From Gnetum montanum (Eukaryota > Plantae > Gnetophyta), in NCBI GenBank assembly GCA_015680685.1, contig MNCI01002560.1:509920-573919 (forward strand): a stretch of 64,000 nucleotides of DNA, written 5' to 3'. Each line of letters begins with the position of its first letter. Position 1 is the first letter of the stretch. The translations under genes were made by a program, and so were the position numbers. Below are positions 14,378 to 26,569 of this stretch, in pieces. The notes beneath the pieces were generated by a model. The model did no database searches. It was given only the letters and a program-made list of their open reading frames with translations, and had not been told where the DNA came from.

Positions 14378-17300
14378 GACTATGCTAGGCCCTACTAGTG
14401 ACTAAGCTAGCCTAGCATAGTCCTACCTACCTATAGCATAGTTAACCTTCAATGGTAATTTATAGGGATTGAAATGGTCATTTTTGAGCTCCCACTAGGT
14501 TAAACAACTAGCATAGTGGTAGGTATAGAAAATTGGAAATTTTTGACACCATTTTGACTTTATATAAGGTTGAAATTCATGTTCCAAGAGGTGACTATGC
14601 TAGGCTAGTAAGCCTCAGCATAGTCACAAGGAATGACCAAGTCAAGACAAAGTGAAATTTTCTCTTGGATGGCCATGGGGACATGGTTTTGGTCATTCTA
14701 GGTTAATTGTAGGCCATTATGACTTGCTTACTATGAATTTTCATCACTACATGTTTCCTTCCAAGTGGGACTACACTAGCCTGACATAGTCCTTGGCCTC
14801 TGTAGCATAGTTATGAGTGGAAAATGGATTTTGGTGAGTTTTAGAGCTTGATCAATCATCCTAATGGGCTTTTGGGATTACTAGTGTTACCAGCTAGGGT
14901 TTTAGTGTAGAAATTATCAATTTTCATGCTTGTTTGGGCCTTGAATTCCAAAGGACCATAGGACTACATTAGGTATGTAGTTCCTAGCATATTCAAGGAT
15001 TGTAGTTGTAAAAGGGCTATGAAAGAATAAATTTTGGCTCATTTCCCAAGGTTCCAAGGTCTGGGCATGTTCTAACAATGTTCTATGTCTTTTTAGAAGT
15101 CAATTTCAGTATTTTTAGAGCTATTTTGGCCATGAACAAGTGGACTATAGTGGTCTTGGGTAGGGACTATGCTAGCCTAGTGTAGTCCCAATGCTTCCTT
15201 CAACATAGTCACATTGAAAAGGATGAAAAACTAAGTTTCTTTACTAAATTTAAATATGATGGGCCATGAAACTCCTATAAGTGTAGTTTATGTGATTTTG
15301 GTAAATTTTTGTAGAAGTTTACGTAGACTACGTTGGGCCTAGAGAGGGACTACACTAGCCTAGCATAATCCCAAATTTTTCTTATGTAGTCCATGCTCTA
15401 GAGGTCAAAAATTAAAAAAAATTATGTTCCAAAATCAGTCAAAATTCAAAGAGCCTCCAAGGTTCATTGATATGGAATTTGATATTTTTCTTTTGCAACT
15501 TGAGAATTTTAGTGGGGACTATGTTGGGGATTGAGGGGGGCTACATTGAGCTAGCATACGCCTAACTCATCCTTAGTGTAGTCATAGTTTGGGGGTTCAA
15601 GAATAGTGGATTTTAACTCAAATGTATGGTTTCAAAGTATTTTTGTGTCATAGAAAGGTCTTGTAGTTGATAGAGGTGTTTTTTGGGTTATATTTAGACT
15701 ACTATGAAGTTCATGGTGTGGACTACATTAGGCTTGGACTAAGACTACATTGATGTAGCATAGTCCTACCTTCTTACTAGTGTAGTCCAAGGATGGATGG
15801 TTATAGGGAGTTTCCATGGTGAACAAGGAGTTCCAAAAATGTTATAGAGTCAACTAATAGTAAACTAAGGTTATTTTGAGGAAACTTTAGTTCCTTTCTT
15901 GTGGACTACACTAAGCTTGAAGAAAGACTATGCTGGTCCAATGTAGTCCCAACCTTTCCTTAGTGTAGTCAAGGTTTTGGTAGTCAAAGATCATGAGAAA
16001 TTCAAGTTTTGAGATCACAGAGGCTTGGGTAGGCTTTCCAAGCTTGTCGATAGTAATTCTAGATCACATGGGATAGTTGTTGCATAGTTTATTGATGGAC
16101 TATGACGGGCATTAGGAAGGGACTACATCAGTGTAGTGTAGTCATCCTTCCCTCTTAGCATAGTCCAAGTAGGAATGGTCAAACTAGGTGTAAACAACAA
16201 GTTTTTGATGTTAAACTAGCTAGGATAGGGTGTTAGGATTTCTTCAAGGTCAAACTTCATACATTTTTGGTGTGTCTTGTCAATTTCAATGAGACTACAC
16301 TAGGGCATATAAAGGGACTACACTAGCCCAATGTAGTCCCTCTTCCCACCTAATGTAGCCATTATCAAAATTGTTAATATGTGATAAAAGAGTAGGTTTC
16401 ATGATCGTATAGGGCCAAAATAGGGTATTGGGGTTGACTAGTGCTAAGTTTCATGATTTTTGATGTTTCTTGGTAGCCTTAGTGGAACTACACTAGGCCT
16501 TGGGTAGGGACTACACTAGCCCAACATAGTCCCATCTCCCCATCTAGGGTATTCCATGTATGGATGCCAAAAGTGTAAAAGTGGTAAGATTTGGCTAAGG
16601 TTGATGCTCCAGTGTTTTCAAAAGTTCAAATATAATTCATAGATGATGGTCTCTTGGGTTTTTTGAGTGGACTACACTAAGAAATCACTGGGACTATGCA
16701 AGCTCAACATACTCCTCATAGTCCTAAATGTAGTCACATGTAGAAACTTAGTTTCATGGGATTTCTTAAGGAGTTTTATTGATCAACTAGTACAATGGGC
16801 TTAGTAGGGATCTTGGAAAGGTATGGAAGCTTTTAAAGGTAGTGTTGAAGGTGGGTAAAGGTCTCTATGATGCCTACCAATCCTAGAACCTTAGGACTAC
16901 ACTAGCCTAATGTAGTCCCTAGGTCTCCTTGGCATAGTCATGGGGAAATGGGAAAAAGTGGCATCATTAATTATAATTGATCATGCCTCATGCTTGTCAG
17001 AGGCTCAAACTAGCATTTGGTGAAATGCTGTCAATTCAAGGTTAATTAAGGGTTGAATGGATTGGGATAATTTCTTGAGGTTGTAGGAGGTAAGATGTGA
17101 TGTTGGACAATGCTAGGTAGTAGTTGTGCTAGCCCAACATAGTCCTTCAGTTCTCTTAGTGTAGTTAATGAGGAGGCTTGATTCTTGTCACACTTGGAGT
17201 GCTTTTGATCTATTTTTGCTACTATCAAGGGTTCTAGATAGGGTTTGATAAGGTTGGGTAGTTAATTTGGAGGCCTTTAGAAGTTGTATGGGCTATTGGA

Positions 17301-17645
17301 AGTCCATCCCATTATGGACTACATTGGTAATAGTTGGGACTACATTGGCCCAATGTAGTCCTTATCCTCCCTTTAGCATGGTCACTATTATGTTGTCAAA
17401 ACCTCTCATACTTGGCCACATTCTTATGTTGTAGGGCATCTAATCCAAGGTTTAAAGAGATAAGGTAGATGTGGTAGTTGTTTTATATATTAAGGTTGAC
17501 TACTCTTAATGTAGTCATGGCTTGGAGGTTGACTACTCTTAGTGTAGTCATGGCTTATTTTCCATTCTTGGAGCATCCAGTATGAGGCCTAGGTAAAATT
17601 AGTAATTTTTAAAAAAATATTTACACAACTCTAGCATAGTCCTAG
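14378..17645. repeat. ~190-bp-period array of GACTACGCTG-N3-CAGCGTAGTC-derived palindrome clusters (element B)
   Basis: Examples: gactacactagcccaatgtagtcc and gactatgctggtccaatgtagtcc; cluster starts 15143, 15326, 15517, 15721, 15904, 16098, 16293, 16488, 16670. Confidence 0.85.
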
Positions 17646-19512
17646 TTTCCATTTTTGAAGCCAATTTAAGTAAATTTCTAAAAGGAAACTAGGGTTCTGG
17701 GATGGGCACCTAGGTTTGGATTGGTTTTAAATTGGAAAACTTGGAAAAATTCTTGTTATTTGTCTTACTTCTTGCCATTGTGGCTTGGTTTGAGAGCTCT
17801 ATTTCCATTGTTGTTGCCCACTATCCTACTCAGCATAGTACTAACTACTTTTAAACAATTGCTACTATAGTCTAGCTATTAGTGCCAATTGCCAACATAA
17901 TAATTATAGGCTTACCCAAAAACCAAGGATTTCGTACATTCCAAGACCTATTTCTAATACCATGGTGAAAAAAATAGCTCCTATGAGGAATCTTGCATTA
18001 AAGGTGATGGATGCCAATGTTGAAAGCCTACCATGTTTGCCTCATCCAGGAATTGAGAAGAGTTCTACCATCGTCTTTCCCAAGTTCATGATTCTCACCA
18101 ATATCTAATATTTTTCATGTATTATATTTTTCAAATCTATGCTTGTGTATTTGTTATTTTTGTTCATTTTGTGAAACTGCTACCTCATATTTTGGTCTTC
18201 TCTATGTAGATCTAAGGCCACTTGGTTTTTTTTTTTTTCCCTTGGTAGATTAGATTTTTAAAATATGTTTGTGGTTTTGGTGCTTTTTTCTAAAAATTTT
18301 GTGTTATGGCCAATTTTTCTAGGTCTACACTACAATGTTAAGAAAAATTTGATTTTAAACAAATCCAAACACTTTATTTTGAGGTTTCTTTAATGTGGGT
18401 ATGATTGTTTTGACTATTTTGACTAGATCAAGTTAAGTCTCACAAGTTCTCTATTTTGGAATGCTTTTTTGAGGAAAAAAGAAAGTAATGTTATATATTT
18501 TTTATTAAGGAAATATCTATAATTTTGCAAAATATAAGATTATTAATTTTTATATCTATGTTTAAGGTTTCTAATGGCTGTAGTTCCATTTGATTTAGAG
18601 TTCTAATGATAAAATTATGGCCATTTGAGTTGGGTTGTGTAATTAGGTTTCTTTGCTATTTTTCAGATTTCATTAATGTTTATAATTTTTTAAAAAAAAA
18701 ACAAGGATTTTTAATTTTTTATTGCATGGGTATGTAGGATTGAATTTAATCTTTCAAATGGTGGTAGAATCACTCTATTTTGAGCTCAAAAAAAGTTTAG
18801 TAATTTTTTTTGCAACCTTGTGTGAAAGAGTTTTCATGTTGATGGCTATGGTTAAGCCACCTTGGTAATTTTTTTGAAAAATAGGTTAGTATTTTTAATT
18901 ATTTATTATTATAGGTATATATTTTAAGGTTTTATGATTCCAATAGCTATGGAATCATCATATTCTATTAAGAAGTTAATTAGTTATGGTTGTTTCTATT
19001 TGGTTGCACAAAATCATGGTTACAAGGTTGTTACGCATATACCCCTATGAAGATGGGTAATGTGGAGATTGTAAAAATTTTTTCTTCATCAATTTCCCAT
19101 GATCTTGGGGATAGTTTAGGATGTTAGGGAGAGGCTAAAAGTTTTTTGGATGAAAATGAAATATTTTTCTTATTTTTTCTAAGTGTTTTCCGATGGCCGT
19201 ATTAGTGTTAAGTGTGAAATTTGGTTGAATGTTGGTTGTGGACATGGGTTGTATGTTGAATTTTTTCTAAGTGTAGAATTTTAACATGGAAATTGAGAAT
19301 TTACTCTTATACTTTTAATTTCATGTTTTTCGTCCTAAGTTATCAATTCAATGTTTTTTCTCGTAATTTATTATTTTACAACTTTAGTTCTAAAGATTCA
19401 TTTTATATAAGCTATTTCAAATTTTTTCTAAGTGTTATTTTCTATGTTTAATGATTATAAGGCTTTGGTTTTAAGTTTTCATGATTATAATTATTTTTGT
19501 TTGATGTTATAG

Positions 19513-22500
19513 GGCCTTCTTGAAGCCCATTTTGGTGGTAATAAAGATGTGGACTATTTTGTTACATTCACCTCCTCGAGCCTAACTCCCCAGTTCCTGA
19601 TATGGAATGGGATCAAAATAGGATATGGTTTAGGCCAAGCACCAAATAATTAATTGCATACATCTTAAAAAACATTAGTGTGATGGTATGATCACACTTG
19701 ATGACTGAAGTTATAGCAATGATTATAGAGACCATCCTACTTGGGTCTTTTAGCTTAATCATTGAGTTTTTGATGAATGAACTTGAAGCTCATGTGGAGG
19801 GAGTGAGAAAATGATGGCACTACTACTATGGATTCTCAAAAATTGTTAACAATTTGGGAGATGCTAAAATTTAGTCAATATTATATGGAAAACCATATAA
19901 TTGTTGGCCATCATGCTCATACATTATTTTAGAATCCTGTAGGAACCATTTATCATGTAGAGGGGTAAGTAAGGATTTTTTTGGTTTATGGTTAATTTCT
20001 ATAGTTGTAAAATTAATTTATAACAATTTTTTATTATTTCACTTGCTTATAGGTTCAAGATGGATGAGTGGTGCTTGATCAAAGATGATAACCTCTTACT
20101 GCAAACCCATATAGCTTTAGAGGTATTCACCAAAAGCCCAAATGTAAGGCTTGTAGTGTTGGAATAGATAGAAGGTGACATTGAAGCTAGCTCAAACATC
20201 ATTCTAAGGCTTATACGAGATGCCTAGGGAATGGCACAATGGATAGCTAATGGATCAACCCATATCTCAATGACTTAGACATAAGCCCACCCCCTAGAGC
20301 TCCTAAGATGCCTAAATCTAATAGGCAAAGTAAGTGCTTTTATGCTTTGTTGATTTTAAGTTTTTTGAATACTACCATTTTTCTAGTTATTTTGATTTGA
20401 ATTATTTAAGTAGTTTTATTTGTGTTTTAACTTAGTTAAATTTTTGTTTTACATGATGCACCTATGCTAAGATTAGTGAGATATCCTTTCATTATGTTGT
20501 AGAGGCCACTCCATCAGTTGAAGTTACTATTGTTACTTTAGGACATGCTAAAGAGATCCTAATACTTAAGTTAGTGAGGTGGAATTCTCATAGGAATAGT
20601 TATCAAAACACATACTTGATGCTATACAAGTGAGAGGCATACACGTGGGCCTATTTGACCTCTTCATTAACCCAAGCTTGATTGTTCCCACTGTAGAGAT
20701 GTTGAACATAAATAACTACTATAGCCAAGGGGTTAAAAAGTTGATCACTTATGTTGATTGTGTGACCATTGTTATAGAGGTTATTTTATCCATCTTCAAT
20801 GACCTCTTTGGCATTCCAAATAATGGCATGCTAGTTATCACCAAAGTAGGTAGGGAGTTGGATCACTGGGAGGAAGTAGATAAGTTGCTAGACACACATT
20901 TTTGTACTAAGGGATACTTTCTCAAATAGATATAGTCACCATTGATTAGAGAAATGTATTCCTTATTTTGATCCTAGGGATTTCCTAAATTATTATTGCA
21001 AGGGAAGATCTTGGGCTTGGAGTAAGATTGGACCATGAAGTAGGTGCTTACTAAGGATGCTTGTTTCAATTAGGTTGCACACTTGGTTTCTAGGATATAA
21101 TGGGAGATCAAAAAGCTTGACAACAACCTCACTATGTAGTGTTATGACACTTTGCACTTTTTGTAGCTTATTTATGAAGGTTTTTAGAGTTTCTAGTGGT
21201 GTGGAAGGATGGATGATAAGTTATCCAAGATCCATCCCAACTTACCAAACCTTAGGTGAATCTCCTTGCTCTAACCACATACACCTAGGACCTACTAGAA
21301 GCTATGGGTGAGTCAATGTCTATTGCTATCAAGGATATTACTAGTAGGCATTATGTATCCCTTGATAGCATGGGGGTAGAGCCTCTCACAATACCATCTA
21401 GCATCAAGAAGGCCTAAAAACTACATAAAGAGGCTAAGGGAATAGCTAGGACTAAGCTTAAGAAGCCTTTAGCATATGAACCAGTACTCATGATCAAGGA
21501 TCCTTTGAAGAAGCAATAGTTGACCATCAAAATGATAGTGTATGTCATGAAGTTAGATGTATGTTATATCTTGGTTTATTACTCTGTTAATTTGTTTTAA
21601 AGTTATGGTTTTAAGTTAGTTACATATCTTCTTTTAGATAAATCTTGCTAAGTTGTCCATGTTCTTACAATTAATGTTCTTGTAGATAAGTAGCAAGAAT
21701 GGGAAGCTAGGGCTATAGTGGCAATAGCTGAGGCAAGCCAAAGGTGTTAGGAGGAGGAGAAGCTACAACACTAGGAAGAAAAATACTGAAACATTATGAG
21801 GATGATGTATTGAAAAAAAATGACTTACCCCCTATTCCACCTATGGGCTGCTTTGTTGCCATGCTAGAGAATCCACAAATGAGTGAACATCTTATTGGTA
21901 TATTGTATGGTCTCTTAGGTATGTATGATCTTCGATTTTACATGTTACTTTTCATTGATTCATGCCTTTTTTTTTCTATGGTTGTTAATTACTTACTACA
22001 CTTGTTATAGCCCAAGAGCCTAAGGAAGAAGCCTTCACTTCTACCTTTCACAAGATACCATGGGTGGAAACCCCAAATAACTTAAATCTATGTGGGATGT
22101 AGCTAAAGATATGATTAACTACTTGTAGTAGATAACTCTTGAGATTGGTAAGAATTTTATCTCATTTTTCCTTTACCATTTTTTACATTTTTAGTCTTTT
22201 ATTCAATTTCCATGGTTATGTAGCTTTTTGTTACTACGTGATTTTATTCATTATACATTGCTTTATGTTGGTTAAAGTGCCTAAATTGACATGGGATCCT
22301 GACAAGCCAATGAAGGTTGATGCATCACCTTCTTTACCGTTTAATTTAGAGAATGTCCCACATGGGCTATATGAGGATGCCACTGGATGTGCACTCTGAT
22401 GTGCTAAGTCCCTATGGAAATGTAGATTCTTTAACAAGTTCCTATAAGAACAAGTTGTAGGATAGACCTCATGGACCATAGATACTTCATAGAAGTCCAA

Positions 22501-23220
22501 GTGGATAATAGAAACTTGTTGCGCACTAGGGATATAACTTGGGCTTGTTATTGGAGTGTAGTACAAGGAAAGGCTTTTCTTGTGATCTAAGTAGTATAAC
22601 ATAAGCTCCAAATTGATCTCATCAACCACAAGGTTGGTGAGTGGAAAGATTACTATAGTTGGTTCCTTAAGTGAGGTCATACACAAAAGGATCACAAACA
22701 AACATACAAAGCTGAATGGGATGCCTACCTGAACTAGCTAAAGGAGGAGTCTATGGAGCAATGTAAGCTAGAATTGTTCATGATGGGCACCAATGTAGAA
22801 GAGGTGTATAAGATGTTTGTAAAGAATGTGATTGTAGATAACTCCCCTATTCATTAGGTTACTATTTCATCAAGGGAAACATCCACCACCACGTTCTTGC
22901 ATGAACCTCCTACATGGAGTGACATTGATGGGACTAATATCCTAATGAGTATTGATCTTGTAGAAATGGATTGGGCCAACATGTCTAAAGACCAAATCCC
23001 CCACCATGTAGAGTTTGGTCTTCAAAACTTCCTTAAAGCACATGTAGTTCCAAAACCATATTAAGTTTTCTTACTTTTAATTTTATTTTTTTTGTTTAAG
23101 TTATTTATTTTGTCTTTATATGTATTGGTTACTAATCAATTATGTGTTACCATGTTAGACGTACTAGAAAACATTGGTGGCCCCAGTGGTGAGGGTGAAG
23201 ATTACACTATATCTCCTTAA
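19513..23220 (+). pseudogene. Antisense ~7-exon accessory gene of element B (decayed; product unknown, one exon resembles plant-transposon accessory proteins)
   Basis: GT/AG-bounded AT-rich introns; exons about 19513-19964, 20053-20329, 20503-21550, 21686-21918, 22011-22147, 22278-23060, 23159-23220; protein-level and splice-site conservation with 59501-62948. Confidence 0.75.
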
Positions 23221-23298
23221 TCATATGCCCCTTAGTTTCCTCAATTACTTTTCCATTTCAGTTGTTTTGATTTCATGTTGATGATGATGTATGGCTAG

Positions 23299-24538
23299 TG
23301 ATGAGTGGCAAGGTACCCCTACACTCCACCATACGAATATGAGCGTACACGCGCGATCCGGTCGAACTCCGCAGACTAAATGCCTTAACGCCACAAGAAA
23401 CACTTGGGGTTAATCATTCGTTGTCTTCCCAGGCTTGCTTGTATGTGTCACGGTGTATGGTTAAGCAAGTCTGAGGTATGTGATTTTTTTGGTATTTTCG
23501 GCTTATCTTCTATGCTACTAGGAGAAAGGGTTGAGAAAACTAAACTAACTCTTACTAAGATCTAACTCTAAATTAACTAGCGTCAGCATCCGTTCCCACT
23601 TACCGGACACACCCTGAACTATGCAACTGCAGCTTACCAAACGCTAATCGTTACTGGGATCGCCACACGTAACGCAAGTGCTCGAAGTGGTCGTACTGAG
23701 GCACCTATTTAGCCTACGTGTGATAAGCAGCCGATTCCTTAGCCAGCCGTACACACCCGTGGGTGCTCGTAACTAAGTCGTACTTATCACACGATCTAGC
23801 CTAGCAATGAGCAGCCGATTCCTCAACTAGCCGTACACATTAGACCCGGGAGTTACCAAGCGCAGAATCCTGGAATACGCTACTGGGTTACCAAGCATCC
23901 AATGCTCGTAATTGAGTCGTACTCATGCATTGCGTCAAGCAGCCGATTCCTTGACTAGCCGTACACGTCCGTAGACGCTCGTAATCAAGTCGTACTTGAA
24001 CGCACTAGGAAAGCAGGAAATAAAGCAATAAATGAAACCACGTGCTGCAAGGTTTATCCAAACAAGTTCGTCTTTATTGCCGTACACAACTTGGGTTCAG
24101 GTTACAAGCTGCTCGAATAAAGAGCCGTTCACTCTAGGACTCCTACTGCGGGCACATGGGGAAAAACTCTAACTCTGGAGTGATCAGTCTGCCAGAGCTT
24201 CGCTACACTAGCCAGGATTTGGAAAATAAAGGGAGTGCCACCTCTTATTTATAGATATGGCGGCGGGACGCGATATCGCGNNNNNNNNNNNNNNNNNNNN
24301 NNNNNNNNNNNNNNNNNNNNNNNNNNNNNNNNNNNNNNNNNNNNNNNNNNNNNNNNNNNNNNNNNNNNNNNNNNNNNNNNNNNNNNNNNNNNNNNNNNNN
24401 NNNNNNNNNNNNNNNNNNNNNNNNNNNNNNNNNNNNNNNNNNNNNNNNNNNNNNNNNNNNNNNNNNNTGATGCGATATCGCGACGGCCGCGATATCGCGT
24501 ACGCGATATGGCGGCCTAGTGTAAATCGCGTCTCATCA
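23299..24538 (-). repeat. 3' LTR of the young element (contains N gap 24281-24467)
   Basis: Same sequence as 30061-31260 (offset 6762); flanked by the PPT-like motif at 24539-24553. Confidence 0.96.
23580..24004 (-). ncRNA. Same four-module structured array (3' LTR copy)
   Basis: Matches 30342-30766 except for about 2 substitutions. Confidence 0.78.
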
Positions 24539-24553
24539 TACCCCCATGACTGA
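24539..24553 (-). promoter_or_regulatory. Polypurine-tract-like motif adjacent to the 3' LTR
   Basis: Minus strand TCAGTCATGGGGGTA immediately precedes the 3' LTR; same core at 25142-25154 and 26589-26601. Confidence 0.7.
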
Positions 24554-26372
24554 ATGAAAACTCGTCCTCGAGTTCCTTACAATGATATCAGGTAGGTATG
24601 GGATTATTAGGGAAAATGGAACTAATGGGATGACATGTGAACGGTCTTTATTACAAGACTTGACAAAAACTGGTGTTCATGACAACATGGGTGAACACCT
24701 TATTACAATGACATCAGGCCACAGTTGGCAGCTGAGAGAAAAGAGGAGAGAGAATAGAAGAGAAGAAGAGAGAAGAGTCTTGTTGCTGCCAACGCCTAGA
24801 TTGCGCCTTTCGTTGTCCATCTGTAAGCGCATTATCAATTCCACTCCTTGCATGCTGCTTCAGCGCTGCTCCATTCCAAGTGTCTGCTCCAGATCCATTC
24901 CGTTGTTGTATGATTGCCATCTGCACACACAACACAATCACATATTAGCAAGGGTAATTGAATTAGTAAGTAACGAATACCTTGCTGCGGTTTGGGTTCA
25001 TTGACTAAGTTGTGGTATGGCTGATATGGATCTAGGAAAATGTAGATGATGATTACCGAAGGTATAGGGGTTAGGAAGAAAAATGAAAAAATCCGGGGCT
25101 TAGGATAAAGATCGAAAAATCAGGCGAAAAATTAGGCCCCGTACCCCCATGACTAATCGCGAACCTCCGGTAGCGTTAGAATGGAAAGAGAAAAGGGGTA
25201 GGAATGATAGGTAAAAGGGAACAACTATGGCATCGATAGAAAGGATGTCCTTATGGAAATGAACAAAAATGTTAATTAATTGCAAAACGTTAAGGAAAAG
25301 AAGTTAACTAATGTTCCAAATAGGAATGTCAGTGGGTCCTCCCCAAAGCAGGCTCATGCCCTTAATGCCCTGACAATCCCACATTCAAAGAGTCCGTGGG
25401 CTCTGGGAATGTCCTTTGGAACAAGAGTTAAAGTCTTAACCGTAAGAATTTACCAAAAAGAAAACAAAGCATCAACCAAAGTATATACAATGATACAACC
25501 GGCAATGAGGTGAACAATGGAGAGAAGGATGGGAAGAAGAGAAGTGGAATGGAATCCCAAGAACAAGGTGGTGTACAGCCCCTTGTGTGTTTCATGATTA
25601 ATGTGACTTGGCGAATCTCATTCCAACTCTGGCCTCAAACCAACCACTTCCAGTGACTTCGCATCAATGCAGTTGGTTAAATCATCCACTTGGGTAACAA
25701 GGATGCAACTTCGAGAAGCCACCACCATTCCGACGAAACAACAGAGAGAATGGGAAGCGAGAAGGGCCTTAGTTAGAGGGAACACTTTGGTTCCATAACC
25801 AGTGCTTGTAGCCCAAATTTATTCCGTCTAAGGGGTGTGCTTTGAATCCTCACTTTTAGCTTTTTAGCTTTTTCTTCTTCTCTTTTTTCTGTTTTTCCAT
25901 TTTTTTTTTTCTTTTTTTTGTTTTGTGTTTTTATGCGTGGGGACCACACCATGCAAAGACTTCTTTATTTTTATTGTCTCAGCTTCCGATTATTGGGTTA
26001 CATCGGAACGGTAAGAAAACCCAAGAAGAAAACATCCAAGCACCCAAGTGAATGACCAACACAAGAGCACCAAGTTCCCTTGAAGTCACACCCTTTTCAA
26101 ATCCTTGAGTCCTTCCTTAGTTTGAGAAATGCCCAGTCACTGGTTCGTTAAAGTTCTTATTGGAAGGGAACTGTACATTTCCAAGCCAAGGGAAACCATA
26201 GACTTGATGGATGGATGGATGAAGTGATCTCATTGCCTGCCATATCAAAAGAACATACCTTAGTATCAACAATGTAACTTAAAGGTAAAAACCAAACATT
26301 AGCAATTAATGAAAAACAGTTCATCCCATCGGCCCGAACACTTATTGGGTGACGAATTTACATGATGGATGA

Positions 26373-26550
26373 CACACACACACACACACACAAAAAGATA
26401 GAAAAATATAACGATGTTGTAAAACAAAAACAAGAAAAGTTAAAGAAATTTGTAAAACAAAAATTAGAAAAGTTAAAGAAATTGTAAAACAAAAATGTGA
26501 AAAACAAAAACGTTGTAAAACAAAAATGTGTAAAACAAAAACTGAAAAAG
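26373..26550. repeat. (CA)n microsatellite followed by TGTAAAACAAAA-type A-rich repeats
   Basis: Directly visible; U-rich on the element's sense strand just after the gag-PR stop. Confidence 0.8.
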
Positions 26551-26569
26551 AACTGAGGGCCCCATATGA

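Noticed and set aside
14378-17645. CRISPR-like appearance (palindromic repeats with variable spacers)
   Set aside because: Spacers are ~120-130 bp and mutually related, repeats are degenerate, there are no cas genes, and the context is a eukaryotic retroelement.
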